NCBI GenBank assembly: GCA_965223795.1
Contig: CBDCXL010000002.1
Span: 672,001 to 736,000 of the forward strand
Length of the DNA stretch: 64,000 nt
Reading direction: 5' to 3'
Source of the DNA: Nitrospinales bacterium
GTDB lineage: Bacteria; Nitrospinota; Nitrospinia; Nitrospinales; VA-1
Each line of letters starts with the position of its first letter. Position 1 is the first letter of the stretch. Below are positions 62,035 to 64,000 of this stretch, piece by piece. The translations under genes and the position numbers were made by a program. The notes beneath the pieces were generated by a model that saw nothing but the letters and a program-made list of their open reading frames with translations, did no database searches and was not told where the DNA came from.

Positions 62035-63216
62035 GTGAGCCACACCGTCACCGGACTCGACATTCTGCTTGCGGACCCCGAGCGCTTTCTGCAGGGGCAA
62101 AACGTCGGCCTTGTGGTCAACCAGACCAGCATGGCGGCGGACCAGAGGCACTCGATCGTCCATTTCAAGGAGCACCGCTGGTTCAGGCTGAAAAAGATCT
62201 TCGCGCCGGAGCACGGCCTGTACGGCGTGGATCAGGACATGGTGAAGGTGAACGACAACGAGGACCCGGTTTCCGGGCTGAAGGTGCTCAGCCTGTACGG
62301 GGACGTGGAAAACTCGCTGTTCCCCAGCACAATGCACCTTGCGGACCTGGACAATCTCATCTTCGACATTCAGGACATCGGCTCGCGCTATTACACGTTC
62401 ATCTACACGCTGGCCAACTGCATGCAGGTGTGCCGCGAAGCGGGCATCCCGATGATCGTATGCGACCGCCCCAACCCCATCAACGGCGTCGCGGTGGAGG
62501 GCAACCTGGTCGGGGAAGAATGGCGCTCTTTCGTCGGCAAGTACCCGATCGCCAACCGCCACGGCATGACGGTGGGCGAGCTGGCGCAGATGTTCAACAA
62601 GACCTTCGGCATCGAGTGCGACCTGACGGTCATCCCCATGCGCAACTGGCAGCGCGAAATGTGGTACGACGACACCGGCCTCGACTGGATCCCGCCGTCG
62701 CCCAACATGCCGTCGCTCCACACGGCGACGGTGTATCCGGGCATGTGCCTTCTGGAAGGCACGCTATTGTCCGAAGGCCGCGGCACCACGCTGCCCTTCG
62801 AGCAGATCGGCGCGCCCTACATCGACGCGCACCGGCTCGCCGACAAGCTGCAGCAGGAAAAGCTGCCGGGTGTGTTTTTCCGGCCGATCTATTTCAAACC
62901 GATGTTCCAGAAATGGTCGGGCGAAACCTGCGGCGGCGTGCAGCTTCATGTCACCGACCGCGGCCGCTTCAAATCCCTGCTCACTGGCATCGCGGTCATC
63001 CGCGTCATCGCCGGCCTGTACGAGAAAAATTTCGGCTGGCGCACCGCGCCGTACGAGTTCGTCAACGACCGGCTGGCCATCGACCTTTTGTACGGCAACT
63101 CCGATTTCCGCGAACGCTACCTGAACTGCGGCACGACGCTCGCCCACATCGAAGACTCCTGGCAGGGCGAATTCACCGAGTTCAACAAGCTGCGCAAAGA
63201 GCACCTGCTCTACTGA
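62035..63216 (+). CDS. DUF1343/NamZ family exo-beta-N-acetylmuramidase
   Basis: FAPEHG; SLYG; FDIQDIGSRYYTFI; DRPNP; RHGMTVGE; PPSPN; SEGRGT. Confidence 0.92.
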   Translation: MSHTVTGLDILLADPERFLQGQNVGLVVNQTSMAADQRHSIVHFKEHRWFRLKKIFAPEHGLYGVDQDMVKVNDNEDPVSGLKVLSLYGDVENSLFPSTMHLADLDNLIFDIQDIGSRYYTFIYTLANCMQVCREAGIPMIVCDRPNPINGVAVEGNLVGEEWRSFVGKYPIANRHGMTVGELAQMFNKTFGIECDLTVIPMRNWQREMWYDDTGLDWIPPSPNMPSLHTATVYPGMCLLEGTLLSEGRGTTLPFEQIGAPYIDAHRLADKLQQEKLPGVFFRPIYFKPMFQKWSGETCGGVQLHVTDRGRFKSLLTGIAVIRVIAGLYEKNFGWRTAPYEFVNDRLAIDLLYGNSDFRERYLNCGTTLAHIEDSWQGEFTEFNKLRKEHLLY

Positions 63217-63246
63217 CCGCTTTGGCGATCGCCGCCCTCCCCTATT

Positions 63247-63999
63247 TCAGCCCACGTTTTTTCCGGCCGCGCGCGCGGATTCGAGCATTTCCTGAGGCAG
63301 CTTGGACAGTTTGTAACGGAACGTGGAGCGTGAGAGCCCCAGCGTCCGGGCCGCCTTGGTCTTGTTGAAGCCGGAGGTTTTCCACGCTTTCAATAACAAA
63401 GTGCTTTCACACTGCTGCACATAACGGTCCAGGGAAAAGTGCTCCGGCAGGGTGCTCCCCCCTCCCGGTTCGGCCGCGGCGGACCTTTTGCGCTCGCGCA
63501 GATAACCCGGCAGGTCGCGGACGCCCACCCAGTCGTTGTGAGACAGGATCATCACACGTTCGACCACATTGCGCAGCTCGCGCACGTTCCCCGGCCAGTC
63601 GTAGTTCAAGAGCACGTCCATCGCTTCGGGTTTCAGGCCCTGAATCTGCCGCCCCATCTCAAGGTTCAGCTTCTTGATGAAGGCGTCGATGAGCACCGGT
63701 ATGTCTTCGGGCCGTTCCCTGAGCGGCGGTATGGTGATCGGGTAAACGTAAAGCCGGTAATACAGGTCCTCGCGGAACGTGCCTTTGCGCACCAGTTTCT
63801 CGATGTCCTTGTTGGTGGCGGCGATGATGCGGATGTCCGCCTTGAGTGTGCGGACCCCGCCCAGGGGCTGGTATTCGCGCTCCTGAATCACCCGCAGCAT
63901 CTTGGCCTGGGCGGGCGCGCTCATCTCGGTGATCTCGTCTAAGAACAGCGTGCCGCCGGCGGCCAGATGCACTTTGCCGGGCTTGGATTTTTCCGCGCC
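63247..63999 (-). CDS. Sigma54-dependent Fis-family transcriptional activator (5' part outside window)
   Basis: GGTLFLDEI; RIIAATN; FREDLYYRL; WPGNVREL; C-terminal HTH NKTKAARTLGLSRSTF. Confidence 0.95.
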   Translation of the reverse strand, partial: GAEKSKPGKVHLAAGGTLFLDEITEMSAPAQAKMLRVIQEREYQPLGGVRTLKADIRIIAATNKDIEKLVRKGTFREDLYYRLYVYPITIPPLRERPEDIPVLIDAFIKKLNLEMGRQIQGLKPEAMDVLLNYDWPGNVRELRNVVERVMILSHNDWVGVRDLPGYLRERKRSAAAEPGGGSTLPEHFSLDRYVQQCESTLLLKAWKTSGFNKTKAARTLGLSRSTFRYKLSKLPQEMLESARAAGKNVG

Positions 64000-64000
64000 G

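Overview
High-GC bacterial chromosomal window. Gene content and the small-protein style suggest Nitrospinota (Nitrospina-like), which is inference only. Most of it is core genome: a complete dcw cell-wall/division cluster (mraZ to ftsZ), a System I cytochrome c maturation operon with a CxxxY-variant CcmE, groES-groEL with a CIRCE operator, mutS2, xth, an M16C peptidase, queF, glgC and a NamZ-family gene, plus signalling genes. Accessory or unusual content includes: a chaperone/usher-like pilus locus (DUF4402-like pilin, chaperone, large outer-membrane protein carrying a 78-bp tandem repeat) behind an AT-rich control region; an atypical P-II protein coupled to yggS; a tight three-way-junction RNA candidate with an anti-Shine-Dalgarno loop between murB and ddl; two divergent cold-shock genes sharing a near-identical terminator; a family of MITE/REP-like palindromes; an exported one-cysteine Tpx; a low-GC membrane-protein gene; and a frameshifted HNH gene. 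I found no CRISPR array, rRNA, tRNA, transposase or integrase.
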